From assembly GCF_009834535.1 (NCBI RefSeq), contig NC_045696.1, positions 13,828,001 to 13,892,000 of the forward strand: a DNA stretch of 64,000 bases, in the 5' to 3' direction. Of this stretch, positions 39,251 to 51,263 are shown piece after piece. Numbering within the stretch: position 1 is the first letter of the stretch; the number at the start of each line of letters is the position of its first letter. Made by a program: the position numbers and the translations under genes. Below the pieces are notes generated by a model that had not been told where the DNA came from, ran no database searches, and was given only the letters and a program-made list of their open reading frames with translations. This DNA comes from Camelus ferus. Taxonomy: Eukaryota.

Positions 39251-40604
39251 TATGGAGTAATAATTTGTGTACAAATTCATATGTATTTCACATTTCAACT
39301 AAAATCTCACTCAACATTATTTTAAAAATAATCAGTTCAACAAAATCAGCAATAGAAACATGTCTGTGATAAAAGGAAGGCTAAGTCAAGTTGTGATTTA
39401 CTCATTAGTGTAAGGGGCGGGAGAAGACCTGGGAAAATCTTCAAAAAGTAAAGGATGTAGAAGTCACAAAATCAAGACATCTGGGTGACCCAGACAAGTA
39501 AGGCAAAATAATGAACTAGAATGGATTTTGAAAGAGCAGCATGAACACAATGATAAGAGGAACCAGCATTCAGCTTCAGCGTCAGGAAGTCCATCAGGAG
39601 AGCTGGGTTCTGAAGACTAGAGAAGGCGCATTCCTTCTCTAAAGGGAACAGCTATTAGTCAGCACCTAGAGATCATTGTCTTCTTTGCATGATGACACGG
39701 TTTCTAGATATTACCGTTCCTCAAGAAGAGGAACGTTGATGACTTTACACTCTAGCTTTATTTTATTATGTGAACTATATACCCTTACACATTTTATGTT
39801 GAATGAGGGGAAAACGTACCATTAATAGAGATCTACCCCATAGTATATGATTTCTGGTAAATATTGAGTGAGGGAGTTCAAATTTGTCTTATTCATCTCA
39901 GTATCTCTTGCAACTGGCACAGGATGGCTTGAGATGTAGTAGGTAAATCATAAAATTTTTGCTGAATAGATCAACAGTTTAATAAAGTTGGGCTGCATTT
40001 TTAAAAGTGAATATGAATTTTCAAGGTAGGTAGATCAGAAGTTCATCCTGATCTTGATGATGACACATACAAAAGGCTGGATGCTTATAAAAAGCAGCAT
40101 GTGTGAGGAATTATGTATAAGTCAGAATCCTAGGAGCTTAGAATTTGCAATATCGAGGAAAGGTGGGAGGGAGAAGGACAATGAAAAAAAAAGAACAAGT
40201 ATCATGATAAAGGGCTTTTATTTTCATTTTACAGGAAAAGATCTTAGGAAGCCGTCAAGGCTTAAGAGGAATGAAATATGATTCAGTCTGCAATTAGAAA
40301 GGACAAGTGGATGTATGTTCATCAGAAAAGACAGATAAGGAGATCATTCCGAATCTTGCCTTTTTAAAATAACTTCCACCAAGGGATTTTTGGGTCTCTC
40401 AAGTACCTATCATCAGAGCTCTAGAAAGCAGCTTGAGGAGTGAAGCATCAAGCTCCTCCCCGGCTGTGAGGAAAGAACACGTGGTTGAGCGCACCATGTC
40501 CTACTGGCTTCTCCCGCAAGCAGTCGAAGTTGGTCATGTGTGTGTTAAACTAAAAAATGAAAGACAAACTGAAGAACCAGATTCTTAATTCTGATTTAAG
40601 CTCA

Positions 40605-40610
40605 TTTATT
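40605..40610 (-). terminator. Candidate AATAAA of KRTAP26-1
   Basis: tttatt on +, about 240 nt past the stop. Confidence 0.55.
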
Positions 40611-40849
40611 ACAATGCAAACCAAATAAATTCTTCCCACACCTAGGTGACACTAAACAGTATTGTACGCCAAATAATTTTAGGTCAAGGAGAGATGAAAA
40701 AAGATAAACATGTGGAAGGAGCAACTTGTCTTAGATCAGGCACAGGAAAATCAAGGAAAAGTAGTCACTGCTGGGAAAGAAGCAAAAATCCATGGAGTCT
40801 GAATTTCTGCCTTTCATCCTTAGCATGATTATTAGCTGGAACAAGGAAG

Positions 40850-41401
40850 CTACTGGCCTCCCAATGCAGAGCAGGATGGACGACAAGAACTGAACACTTG
40901 TGTCAGAGGTTGGCATCCACTGAAGAGAGGACGCAGAGGTCTGAGGCTGCTGGACACAACACTAAGGGGTTGAGGACCACAAGGCAAACAATTCAAGGGG
41001 CGGCATCCATAGGTAAGGAGGCTCAGGGGTCGGCAGCTGCTGAAGGCATAGCTCAGAGGTCTGCAGGACACTGGGAGGCAGGAGCCAGAGATGTAAGAAG
41101 CAGGAATAAGGTTGGTCCCTTGGCAGGGTCTGGGCACATAGCAAGCAGTGGAAGGGCAGCTGGAAGTCTCACAGAGGCTGGGCTCCCAGGTGGCTGGCTG
41201 ACAGCTGGTAGATTCGCTGCAGGTCTCTTGGCAGTTGTTCAGGGGCAAGGTATGGTCGGGATAGCTGCTGGGCAAGCAGAGGACATCTCCACAGCTCACA
41301 TTGGTAGAGCAGAGGGCAATGGAGGAGGGAAGAGAAATATGACAGAGATTTCCGGAGGATCCCAAGCTGTAGTTTCCAGAGCAGTAGCTGTGGCAAGACA
41401 T
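40850..41401 (-). CDS. KRTAP26-1: Keratin-associated protein 26-1 (183 aa, single exon)
   Basis: Intact ORF with ATG at 41401. MSC..YCSGN, VSCGDVLCLPSS, NCQETC.E.TSCQP, YVPRPCQG, CLPVSCRP and VVSSSLRPL.PLFSGCQPLT.VFSSCRPSCS match KAP26-1 as recalled. TATA box upstream. Confidence 0.95.
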   Translation of the reverse strand: MSCHSYCSGNYSLGSSGNLCHISLPSSIALCSTNVSCGDVLCLPSSYPDHTLPLNNCQETCSESTSCQPATWEPSLCETSSCPSTACYVPRPCQGTNLIPASYISGSCLPVSCRPLSYAFSSCRPLSLLTYGCRPLNCLPCGPQPLSVVSSSLRPLRPLFSGCQPLTQVFSSCRPSCSALGGQ

Positions 41402-41475
41402 AGTGAGATTTCGAGAGCAGGCTGTGGTTGAATGGAAAGAAGTGATGTCTCAAGTTTCTCATTCGGCTTCCTCCC

Positions 41476-41592
41476 TTATATACCTCTAGAAGGTGGTGAT
41501 TCTGTACACAGACTCTCTTCCTGTTTGTTGTATGAGGCTGCATCAGAACTCTTTATTATAGCCCGGAAATAGTGCCCCCACCTCCCATAAAA
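41476..41592 (-). promoter_or_regulatory. KRTAP26-1 proximal promoter
   Basis: TATATAA at 41476-41482, CAGGAAGAGAGTCTG at 41509-41523, TTTTATGG at 41585-41592. Confidence 0.7.
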
Positions 41593-43109
41593 CTGAATGT
41601 CTTCCATTGATTAAGTATGTCTATAAAGCAGTGTGACTGAATTTTAATAGGATCTCTGCTTCTTAAATTATCCAACCAAAACAGACATTTTGAAGGTAAC
41701 TTACTTATTTCAGTTATAACCACCACTGCATAAACATTCTTGGAATTGTCTTTAAAAGTTGTAGTAAACTTCTTTGAAACAGTGGGAAATTGTTTCTCTT
41801 TGAGGGGAAATCCTGTGTTTTTTTGGAAACTGTCCAAAGAAGAAATGTGAAAGCACTTATGTTGTAAAAGAATTAAAAATCCTAAAATCTATATGGTTTG
41901 GGGCAGAAAGAGTTTAAGAGTGGTAGAATACAGAAAATTTTCAAGTGCCAAAATTGGTTTTGCCTTATTTTAGAATCCTGGTGGAAAACAACTTTCCACC
42001 AAAATATCTTTATTTCAAAAAATCATGGTCATTTTATTCATTCAATAAATAAATTAAAAAAAAACTGAATCAAGTTGAAATTGTGATTTATGTGTTCTTA
42101 AATGCAAATAAATAAATTGGGCCCAGTTTAAATTATGGATCTTACTGAGAACAGAAGGAAATAAACAACACCCCTTAAAAAAGTTAAATAACATGACATT
42201 TTTCATAGTTATTATAGGCTTATCATTTCATGGTTACTCATGTTCCAATTGAAAACTAATGTCTTTGGTTAAAGGAAAAAAAAAGAAATTAGACACAACA
42301 ATTAAGACATATAAATGGATTTGCTTTTCTTCTTCCATTAATTCTGATGTTAGTTAAGAGGAGCTTATAAACCGTGTATATGGCCAATAGCATCAGAATA
42401 AACAGAGAGTTTTCCTAAGTGTGAATACTTTGAAGGCTATTTGGGAATATATTTTCTGATAAAAAATTGGTTTAAAAGATGCGCAATTATTTTTAGCTTC
42501 AGTCATCCCACTGTATTTTTTATATTCCAACATCTCTGGTGGCTCCGAGGACTATTTTAACGGAAAATTTAATTATCTGCTGGATCTAAACTCCAATTCC
42601 CTTTAGCTAAAAATTCAATGTAAATCACAACACTTTATTTGTATATTCAGTGGGTATGCTCACACTTATTAAGTCTCCTTTAGTGGAATCTGAGACATAG
42701 AAGATTGGTTTTCTACGAGCCAATATAGGACTGTTTTACTGCCAGGAGTAGAAATATTAAAAGAAAAGGATACAGCCCCTGAGGTCTCAGTGTGTTAGGT
42801 CAGGGGCATCGCCCTTTGATGACTTGCACCTGACGTGTTTGAGAAGTTCCCCAACTCCAACCCCCACCCTGCCAGCCTTCAGTTCATGACACTGTTTGTT
42901 CATGTTGCTAGGGTCTTCTTGTGGAATCCCGGATGCATCAGCTGAATGGCATTAGTAATACCTACAGCCATTTTTAGCTGAATGCTTGTCAAATTTATAA
43001 TTGATGCTCTTTACACCTGCCCTTCTCTATTATAAGCAAGAGCCCAACAGCTGAATCACCAGTTCATCAATGTATTTGTGTGCACATGTGTATAGGTACT
43101 GTTTATGTT

Positions 43110-43154
43110 GTATGTATACATGAATGTTTATACTGTATGTATACATGAATGTTT
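43110..43154. repeat. Tandem duplication with about 25-bp period
   Basis: gtatgtatacatgaatgttt occurs twice. Confidence 0.85.
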
Positions 43155-44094
43155 TTCCATGACTATAAAGGCGTAGAATAAGAGAAAACTGACATTCATT
43201 TAGTATCTACTCTGGGCAACACCTTGCAGGGTGCATACCCCCATGTGCTGTGTCAAATTTATCCTCACAATTCTTTCCAGTAAATTTTAAAATTTTATGC
43301 ATTCATATGAAAATACTTGAGATGTAGAAAGTCATAGTAATTGATAAGAAGAAAAATATTTGAACAAAGGGAGTTTTGTGGTCTTTGACCCCTAAAATAT
43401 TTTTTCTCCCTTTATCCAATATGGCAGTCTAAAGAGATACACTGATACCATTCTTCAGTAACTGTGTGACTCTGGGAAATCTGCATAACAATCACTTTGA
43501 TCCCCGGTCACTATCAGTATCCTTTCATGAAACAATGGACATGTTAATAATGTCTAATTTCAGTGTCATTTTAGGATATATATGAAAAAGTTAAATGTAA
43601 ACTGCAAAACACTATACCAGGATAATTTATTTTCTGGCTTTGGAATTCTAAACTCATTACAAAGTGTGCCATCTTGAGTTTAATTCCTTTAGAGCACCTC
43701 CACGTTTCTCTGTTGTGGTTAGGTAACACTGGCAAAATACTCATGGAATTCAAAAATCAGAGTGCCCTGAATGTAATTTGTAACCTAATACAAGAAATGT
43801 TGAACTAGTGTTATTTGAAAGTGATGGTGTCACTTCAAAAGAAGAGCGCATGTGCGCATCACAGCAGGTACCTCATTATAAACTACATATTTCAGGCTCT
43901 TCTTCTGATGCAAGAGCCCAGGATAGATGGAGGAACTGGACATCCAGTGTGTTCCTCCAGATTTATCCACTTTGTTGCTTTTTCTTCAATGAACTAGAGG
44001 TCTCCTACTCTAGAAAAAGCATTTTTCTCTTTCTTGGACACAGAGAATCCTCAGAGCATTGCAAGGATAAAGGTATGCCAATAAATGACGCTTG

Positions 44095-44290
44095 GATTCA
44101 ATCATTCATTCAACAAATATTTATTGAACGTCTTGTACTTGAAAAACATTATGATAGATGCTGACAATTATACCAAGATACTATTGATTTCTGCTCCCAG
44201 GCATATCCAATCTTGTAGATGTAATAAGACAGATACATAATGCATGCCAGTAATTAATAAGTTCAACAGATGATATGCAGAGAACATTGT
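44095..44290 (-). mobile_element. L2 3' end
   Basis: attcaatcattcattcaacaaatatttattgaac is an L2 tail signature. Confidence 0.65.
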
Positions 44291-46039
44291 TCATTGGTTT
44301 TACCTAAAGTTGGCATTAATTTTGAGGGATGGGAGGAAATGGCAGGAAGACACTTCAGTTTGTGGCAAAAGGTGGAAGGGCAGAAAAAATGCTGACATGG
44401 TGTTTTTCAGTGGAGGGTTCTTAGAGGCAAGCTGTAGTAGCTGAGCTTAAATTCACATGCAAAATCTCATTCAATAATCAAGGAAGTAGTTAAGATTTTG
44501 TTCTACAGACAAGATGATCCGGTAACTGCTTTCAAGAAGAGAGTGTTGTGATTAAATTGCGGCACAGAGTGGAAAGAGGGAAAATTTACTGTAATGCTTT
44601 TCTCCCTTGATGCACTAAAATGTCCTTTTATACCTTCTGTTATCATTGTCATCACTCAAGTTGGGTTTTGTTCCTCTTTGGTGAATACATATATTTCTTA
44701 CTGCCCCTTGACTCCTATCTCTATTGTCCTCCTGCTTGAATAGTGTACATAGATTGACTCCTAAAATTAACTCCATCCTATAACCCTCTTACTCAGAAAT
44801 GTCAGTGACTCTCTTTGCCCACAGAAAATTGTCCAAACATTTGATTAGTCCTCTTCTGCTTCCCAATAGCGACTCTGTCTATTTTCTTCATGTCTCCAGT
44901 TACCCCACATCTGTCCTCATTTCATGTCATCTCTTCATTCATTCTACCTTTCCTCTCCTTTGGAATAAGTCTTTAGTTTTATCCATCATTCAGACCTCAG
45001 CTAAATTAGCCCCTTCTTTGTAAATACCTTCCTAATGACCAAAATCTCTGCAGCCTTACATTTGTGTATTATCATTACCTAATTCACACACATGCACATA
45101 CACCCCTTTGCATTACAAGGAAAACATTGTTTTTGCATGTCTTATTTTTTGACAGTACTACAGAACCCTTACTTGCTACTATTTACTGAGTCCTCATTAT
45201 ATATCAGACATAGTTTTACATGTTCTACATGTATCAACTGATTTAATCCTCATAACATCCCGTTCAAGTAGATGTGATCATTATTTTCAATACAAGGGAA
45301 GAAACTTGGTTGATCTTTAATAAATATTTGTTGACCTCATAGCATTCACACACATAAAAAAATAGATTTTTCTTCATCAAATAAAAATTGACCTTTACTT
45401 AGTCAAATCAATAGTCTCCTTTATATATTTTTCTGTCTATATTTACACCAGGGATGTCAGCTTTCATGGAATATGAAAGAACATAAAAGTAGAAAGAGAC
45501 TCAGGTGGACTAACCACCCTTTGTCAAGTGCTTTGCTCCTTATTCTAATATTTCTGATTAGTATTCATCTTAGCTTGACTTAAAGAAGACGATCAATTAA
45601 TTATCTGGAGTCAGTACATTGCAACCTACAACATAAATGAAGCATCCTAATTTTAGCACCCCCTGTTGGATTCCATGTGTAAAATCATTAAATTATAATC
45701 AATTGGAAGAATTAAGTAATGTAGAGTTTTGGGTGACTGAGAAGACTGTCATACTGTAATCTATTTTGAACAGAATTTTTACTTTATCATTCTTGAGTGA
45801 GGAAATTGTAGTTTATACATGACTTGAACAAAATTTGCTCCATGTCCCTACTTTATTCATACACAAAAATTGTCCCCCAATGATGTTAGAAAACTGGTTT
45901 GCATTAACACATCCTTTCGTGCTTGTATTAAAGACAGTGTAAGTGGAGGTAAACCTTCCATGATTCATAGCTAAGTCCTTAAACCATGTCCCATTCAACT
46001 TTAGAAGGTCTTTGGCAATTTCCTTCCTTTGCTGATATA

Positions 46040-47165
46040 TTTTATCAGCTTTTTTGTGGTATCATTGACATACAATAAGCAAAGCATATTTAAAGAGTAC
46101 AACCTGATGTTTTGACATCTGCATATACCCCAAATCAAGATTATAATCATATTCATCAGCCCTCTAAAATCTCCTATGCCCCTTTGTAGCTTTTCCCTTC
46201 CATCTCTCTCCACCCAACCCCAACCCCATCCCCAGGCAACCATTGGTCTTCTTTCTGCCATTTTGGACTAGTTTGTATTTTCTAACATTTTATTAAATAA
46301 AATGAAATTAAATAGCATATATTCTTTTTCACTTCTTCCTTTCACTAAGTATTTTGAGATTCATCCGTGTTGTAGCATGTATCAACCGTTCATTCCTCGT
46401 ATTGCTGTATAGTGTTCCTTGGTATGGATATAACACGATTTGTTTATTCATTCATATGCTAATGGACAATTGGGTTATGTGCAAGTTTTTGAAAATTACA
46501 AATACACAAATGCTATGAACATTTGTGTACAAGTTTTTGAATGGACATATGCATTTGGTTCTCTTGGGTACATACGGAGAAGTGGAGTGATGCAGTCATG
46601 TGATAGGTCAACGTTTAACTTTTCAGGAATTGTCAAACTGTTTTCCAAAGTGACTGCATCAGTTTATATGCACCAGCAGTATATAAGAGCTCAAATGCCT
46701 TCATATTTTTTCCCCAACATTTGGTATAGTTATGCATTTAAAAAAATTTTAGTCATTCTATTAGTTGTACAGTAGTATTTCATTGTGGTTTTAATTTGCT
46801 AGTGACTGATGGTTCTAGACATAGTCATTGCTTATTTTCCATCTCTGTATCTTCTTTAGTGAAGGGCTGTTCAATGTTTTGTCCATTCTTTTATTGGGTT
46901 CTCTGCATTCTTGTTCTTGACTCAAAGAATTCTTTAAATATTTTAGATACAACTCCTTTATTAGATACATGATTTACAAATATTTCCTACCTGTCTGTGG
47001 CTTGTCTTTTTTATTCCTGTATTAGTGACTTTTCGAAGAGCCAACATTTTAATTTTGATGAAGCTCAATTTATTCATTTTAGTTTTTAGATTGTGTTTTT
47101 GATGTTGTGTGTGTAAGAAATCTTTGCCTAACCTGATGTCTTAAAGGAATTTTTTCTTATGTTCT
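46040..47165 (-). mobile_element. L1MB/MC-type 3' region
   Basis: catccccaggcaaccattggtctt...ttttgagattcatccgtgttgtagcatgtatcaa...caaactgttttccaaagtg...tttaattttgatgaag. Confidence 0.8.
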
Positions 47166-49502
47166 CTCCAATCTAATTTCTATCCTCGCCAATATTTTAC
47201 GTTGTTATTTTAAAGATCACCAGTGATTAATTCCCCACCCAATGGTAATTGTGGCCCTGGTTCTGAATTCCATGGCACATGTGACTTTGCCGTCCATACT
47301 CTCTGTTTTGAAGCATTGTTCTATTGCAGCAATGCTCTAAATCTCATGGTTCTATTTCTATCACATGGAATACCTGTTTTTTTCTTCATCTCTATTTCTC
47401 TTTTCTCCTTCTATTCCCCGGGAGGATCCTTCTTTAGCCTCTTACTCTTCTGTGTTATTATCAATCTGCATTTCATTAATCTTACATATCAATTAATAGC
47501 TGTACATAAATTCCTCTATATTAATAATTATAGGCTTGCTCTCTTTCCTGATCTCTGTTCCTGTATTTGCAATTGCCTGCTAGACCATTCCACTGGGACA
47601 CCTCATACTTCAGATTAAATATTTATTTACACATAGTGCTTTCTCCAAAGTTGATTCCTTCTCCCATGAACTTTATATCTACATATGGTACCATGTTCTC
47701 TTAGTCACATGGGCTTAAATGTATTGTAAAACTGTCCTCATGAGTGCTTTTGTCTCTGTCATATTCCCAAGATGAGATTAATTGTTAAATTTAGCTCAGG
47801 TTATGTGTCTTTTTTTGATTGCAGTTAACTTGAACACTTCTCTATTGCCCACAGAATAAAATCAAAGATCCTTAAATTATCATTCAAAGCTATTCAGAAT
47901 ATTGGTCCAACGTACATTGCCAAGCATAAGTCCTTCAGGTCTTTGTTTGTTTGTTTTTTGTTTTTTGGGAACTCTAGATGAATTTATTTTCCATTCTCAG
48001 TATTCACTGAGAATGAATAACTCACTAACATTGCTGGTTCCCTGTTTGCTCTCTCAAATGCTTTTCCACCTTGTCTCTGCTTACCCGCATCTTACTTATC
48101 CTTTACAGTTCAAATCAAAAATAATAACTACCAGGAAGCCTTCACTTCTGCCCAACCAGAAGTAATTTCTTTTCCCTTTGAAGTCATTTCTATGCTATAG
48201 ATTTCCTATTTAACTAATCATTTCATACCTTATATTTTATTCAGTTTACATCTTATTTTTGCTTCTTTGTCATAATTATATTAAAGACATTATAGCATTT
48301 TTTGTGTTTGTATTGCTAAAAATGCTTAACATACTAACTGTTTTTGGTAAATATTTATTTTAAAATGAACGGAAATGCTTTAGTCAATGTTTTCCTCTAT
48401 TCAGTTCGTGTATTTTATTTTCTCTTACTTTACCTTAGATATTTCTTATATCATATTGAAGACTTCCATGTAGATCAGTGTATATGATGGTAAATGGCTA
48501 CTGAGGAAGATGGATTAGGGATTGGCAAAGTCTATCCTAATGTAAGCCATACTTTCTCTTGTTTCCTAACCAGTTCATTTGAATGCAGATGTATTTTAAG
48601 CCCTTTTGGACATTAGTTTTATCAGTTAGAACCAATTGTTATTTTTGGTTCTGTGAGAGCTTTCACAATGAAAGCAAAGATTTACTTTAAACCCCTAGAA
48701 AAAAAGAGTTATAGGTTATTGTAGTGTTTATAACAAATTTTACAGCCAGGAGAGCGTGATTCACCTCCAGGTCCTAGAGATCCTTGCTCGGCTATTTCCT
48801 TGCATAGCATCAGCACCTCTCCTGGCTCCTTTTTACTGTCCAGGCACACAGGAACTCTAGAAAGAAACTTTGCAAATAAAAAAGTATCATTTTAGCGTAT
48901 AAAGATTTTCTAGTTGTTGTTGTTGTTTTTAGCAGGACAAGTGATCAAAATAGCAAAGCTATGACCTGTCAGCAACTCAGCAGTCCCACAAAAACCAGTC
49001 AGTGCTTCCAGGAGTCTGGGCCTAGCAGACCCTTATCCCACCAGGCAGAGCAGCACTCAGGGTCAGATGTCGACTCTGAGCTTCCTAAAACATTTTTTCC
49101 TCTAAGCATTGTTTTATAACACTTTATAAAAAATAGAGAATCACTCCTCTTCAGTTGAAAGACTGACATTTAAGAGATGCGAGTCTTCATCCTGATCTCA
49201 ATCGCAGGCTATCCCCATTCCCAGGTTCTGATAGAAGAGTTTTGTGCTTTTCTTTTCCCCCAAGCTGAAGGGATTTTTTTTTTTCTAGAAGTTTCCTCAT
49301 AGTATTTGAAGACGTCTCATCTCTTTCCTTGACTAATACTAATGCCTCTAGAGATGGTCTTATTTTATATTCAGGTAAGTTAACCCAGGGTGAAATACTT
49401 TGAGAACCTGCCACTTGGTTACCATATATAGTAACTTTTTTTTTTTTCCCATGGTGGAAATAGGAACAGGAGATACATCCCATTCTCCTCTACGTTATCA
49501 CC

Positions 49503-49542
49503 AGGAATTCTTCTCTGGAGGAATTCTTCTCTGGAGGAATTC
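49503..49542. repeat. 16-bp tandem repeat, 2.5 copies
   Basis: Unit aggaattcttctctgg. Confidence 0.95.
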
Positions 49543-49801
49543 AAGGCCATTCTGGAAAAGAAAAAAGAAAAAAATAAATAGAGGACACTCTCCTATATGA
49601 AACACTTGCAGATTGGAATATGTAGCAAATGGTCCTTTAACTTAAAAAAAGAAAGTTCTAAACCAGTAGGTTCCTTGAAAGTGATATGAAACATCACCAA
49701 GAAAATAGACATAATAGGCATAATTTTATGATAAAGAAAGCAGTACCTTTCGTAATAGGAAAATTCATCAGAAGCAGTGCAGTGCAGAGACCAGGGCTGG
49801 A

Positions 49802-50255
49802 TATTGGGGAGAAAAAATTCCCCATAGGTTTCTTGCATTTCTGCATGTCTTGCGAGCAGAGTCTTTGGTTTCCGCTGTTTTGAATTACCTTTTAAAGCAT
49901 GTCTGTATAACAAACAGCTTTGGAAAATAGATATAGTATTTCTCTCTGGGGCAAATGACAGGCATGCTTACTGTCCCTTTTCATGCCCACGATTCAGACT
50001 TCTTGAGCTCAGGACTGCTCTTCTGCAAAACAACTCACTGTGTATGCAGGTGTCATCTGGCCATCTTACGGTTGCCCTTTGGGAATTGAGGCTTAGAGAA
50101 TTTCTGCAAATGTGAACACTCTGGCTTCTGCTATTGCCAAGAAGAATGAAGTCTTTGTTTCTGATCCACGAGTCGCACGTCTTCTGCCGGCATCCATGAA
50201 GCTGTGACAAGCTACCTTGGTAGCTTCGGAGTAGGACAAAATCTTGGACCTTTCC
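49802..50255 (+). mobile_element. Solo LTR, MER54/MER73/MER74-like (ERVL group; subfamily uncertain)
   Basis: tttctgcatgtcttgcgagcagag...aacagctttggaaaatagatatagt...gtcttctgccggcatccatgaa resembles consensus LTRs as I remember them. Confidence 0.6.
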
Positions 50256-50739
50256 TTGTTCTCATTTCTCCCTCCCACAGATGTCTCATTTCTAGTTGAC
50301 ATTGTGGCACTGCCATGTCTATATGTTTTAAGCAATCATTTCATAAGAGAAATTTTAATAGAAATACAATAATCATAATAATATTGAAATAATGATGACA
50401 AATGTATGCAGCAGTAAGAAGTGGAGATCAAAGTTACTAGAAGATAAAGTACACAGCTTGATGCCATACTGAGAACATTTTCTTAAAAGCTTCAAAGAAA
50501 AAACTGACAAAGAAAAGGAACAACTATAAATCATCGCTTAGTTAATAAACAGTCTTAATACTGAATACTAAAGCAATAGATGAGTACAGCAAATTTTTCT
50601 TTAAAACGGTAGAGCCATATAATATTGTCTTTTAAGATACTGCTCATCTTTTTTAAACAGGCTAGTTTATTTAGGAGTTGGCAACTATGAGGGGTGACTC
50701 AAAACACCTCAAGGTATAAGATATGGTACTCAGGGGCAA

Positions 50740-51263
50740 ACGATAAGGAACTCAGGTGCAAAAGCTGTGGAATAATGCAGCTCATTGGCTAACGAGCAAG
50801 GCTTTCCACTAGGGGTCAGCACTGCCAAGCCTCCGTCATGGATGAGCAGTATGGAACCACCCAGGGATGAAGAGCCAGGAGCCCTGTGAACATAGCCATT
50901 TACTGTCCATGTAGCCCAAAGTTTAGAGTGCAGGTTGCCGGATGGTAGGGGCTAAAGACCTCAGAAGAAAAAAAGCAGGTGGTGAAGGTATGGCAGGCTC
51001 GGGACACACCACAAGCAGAGAGCCGTAGGCGGTGGTTTCACAGAAGATGTGCACAGGCATGCTGGTTGGCAGCTGGTGGTTCCCTCCAGCTTCCTGGCAA
51101 GCCTTCAGGAGCTGGGTTCTGCCATGACTGCTACTTGCTAAGCAGAGGACACCTCTGAGGCTCACGTGGAGGAGGAGTTTTTAGAGGAGATGATGGAAAC
51201 GTGGCGATAACCCCCGAGGGAATGACCGCTGTAGTTTTCAACTGAGCAATTATTGAAAGACAA
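50740..51263 (-). pseudogene. Unnamed, heavily decayed PMG-type KRTAP pseudogene
   Basis: (TTG)SFNNCSVENYSGHSLGGYRHVSIISS / VSLRGVLCLASSSHGRTQLLKACQEAG / TTSCQPAC / FCETTAY. This parallels the family pattern MS.N.CSGNYS..SL / VSCGDVLCLPSSCHSRTWLLDNCQETC / TTSCQP. The 3' boundary is approximate. Confidence 0.7.

Noticed and set aside
40898..41431. 177-aa plus-strand ORF antisense to KRTAP26-1
   Set aside because: Shadow of the Cys/Ser/Pro codon bias of the real gene; no promoter or recognisable homology.
50923..51165. 80-aa ORF as a functional gene
   Set aside because: GTG start and one frame of a multiply frameshifted relic.
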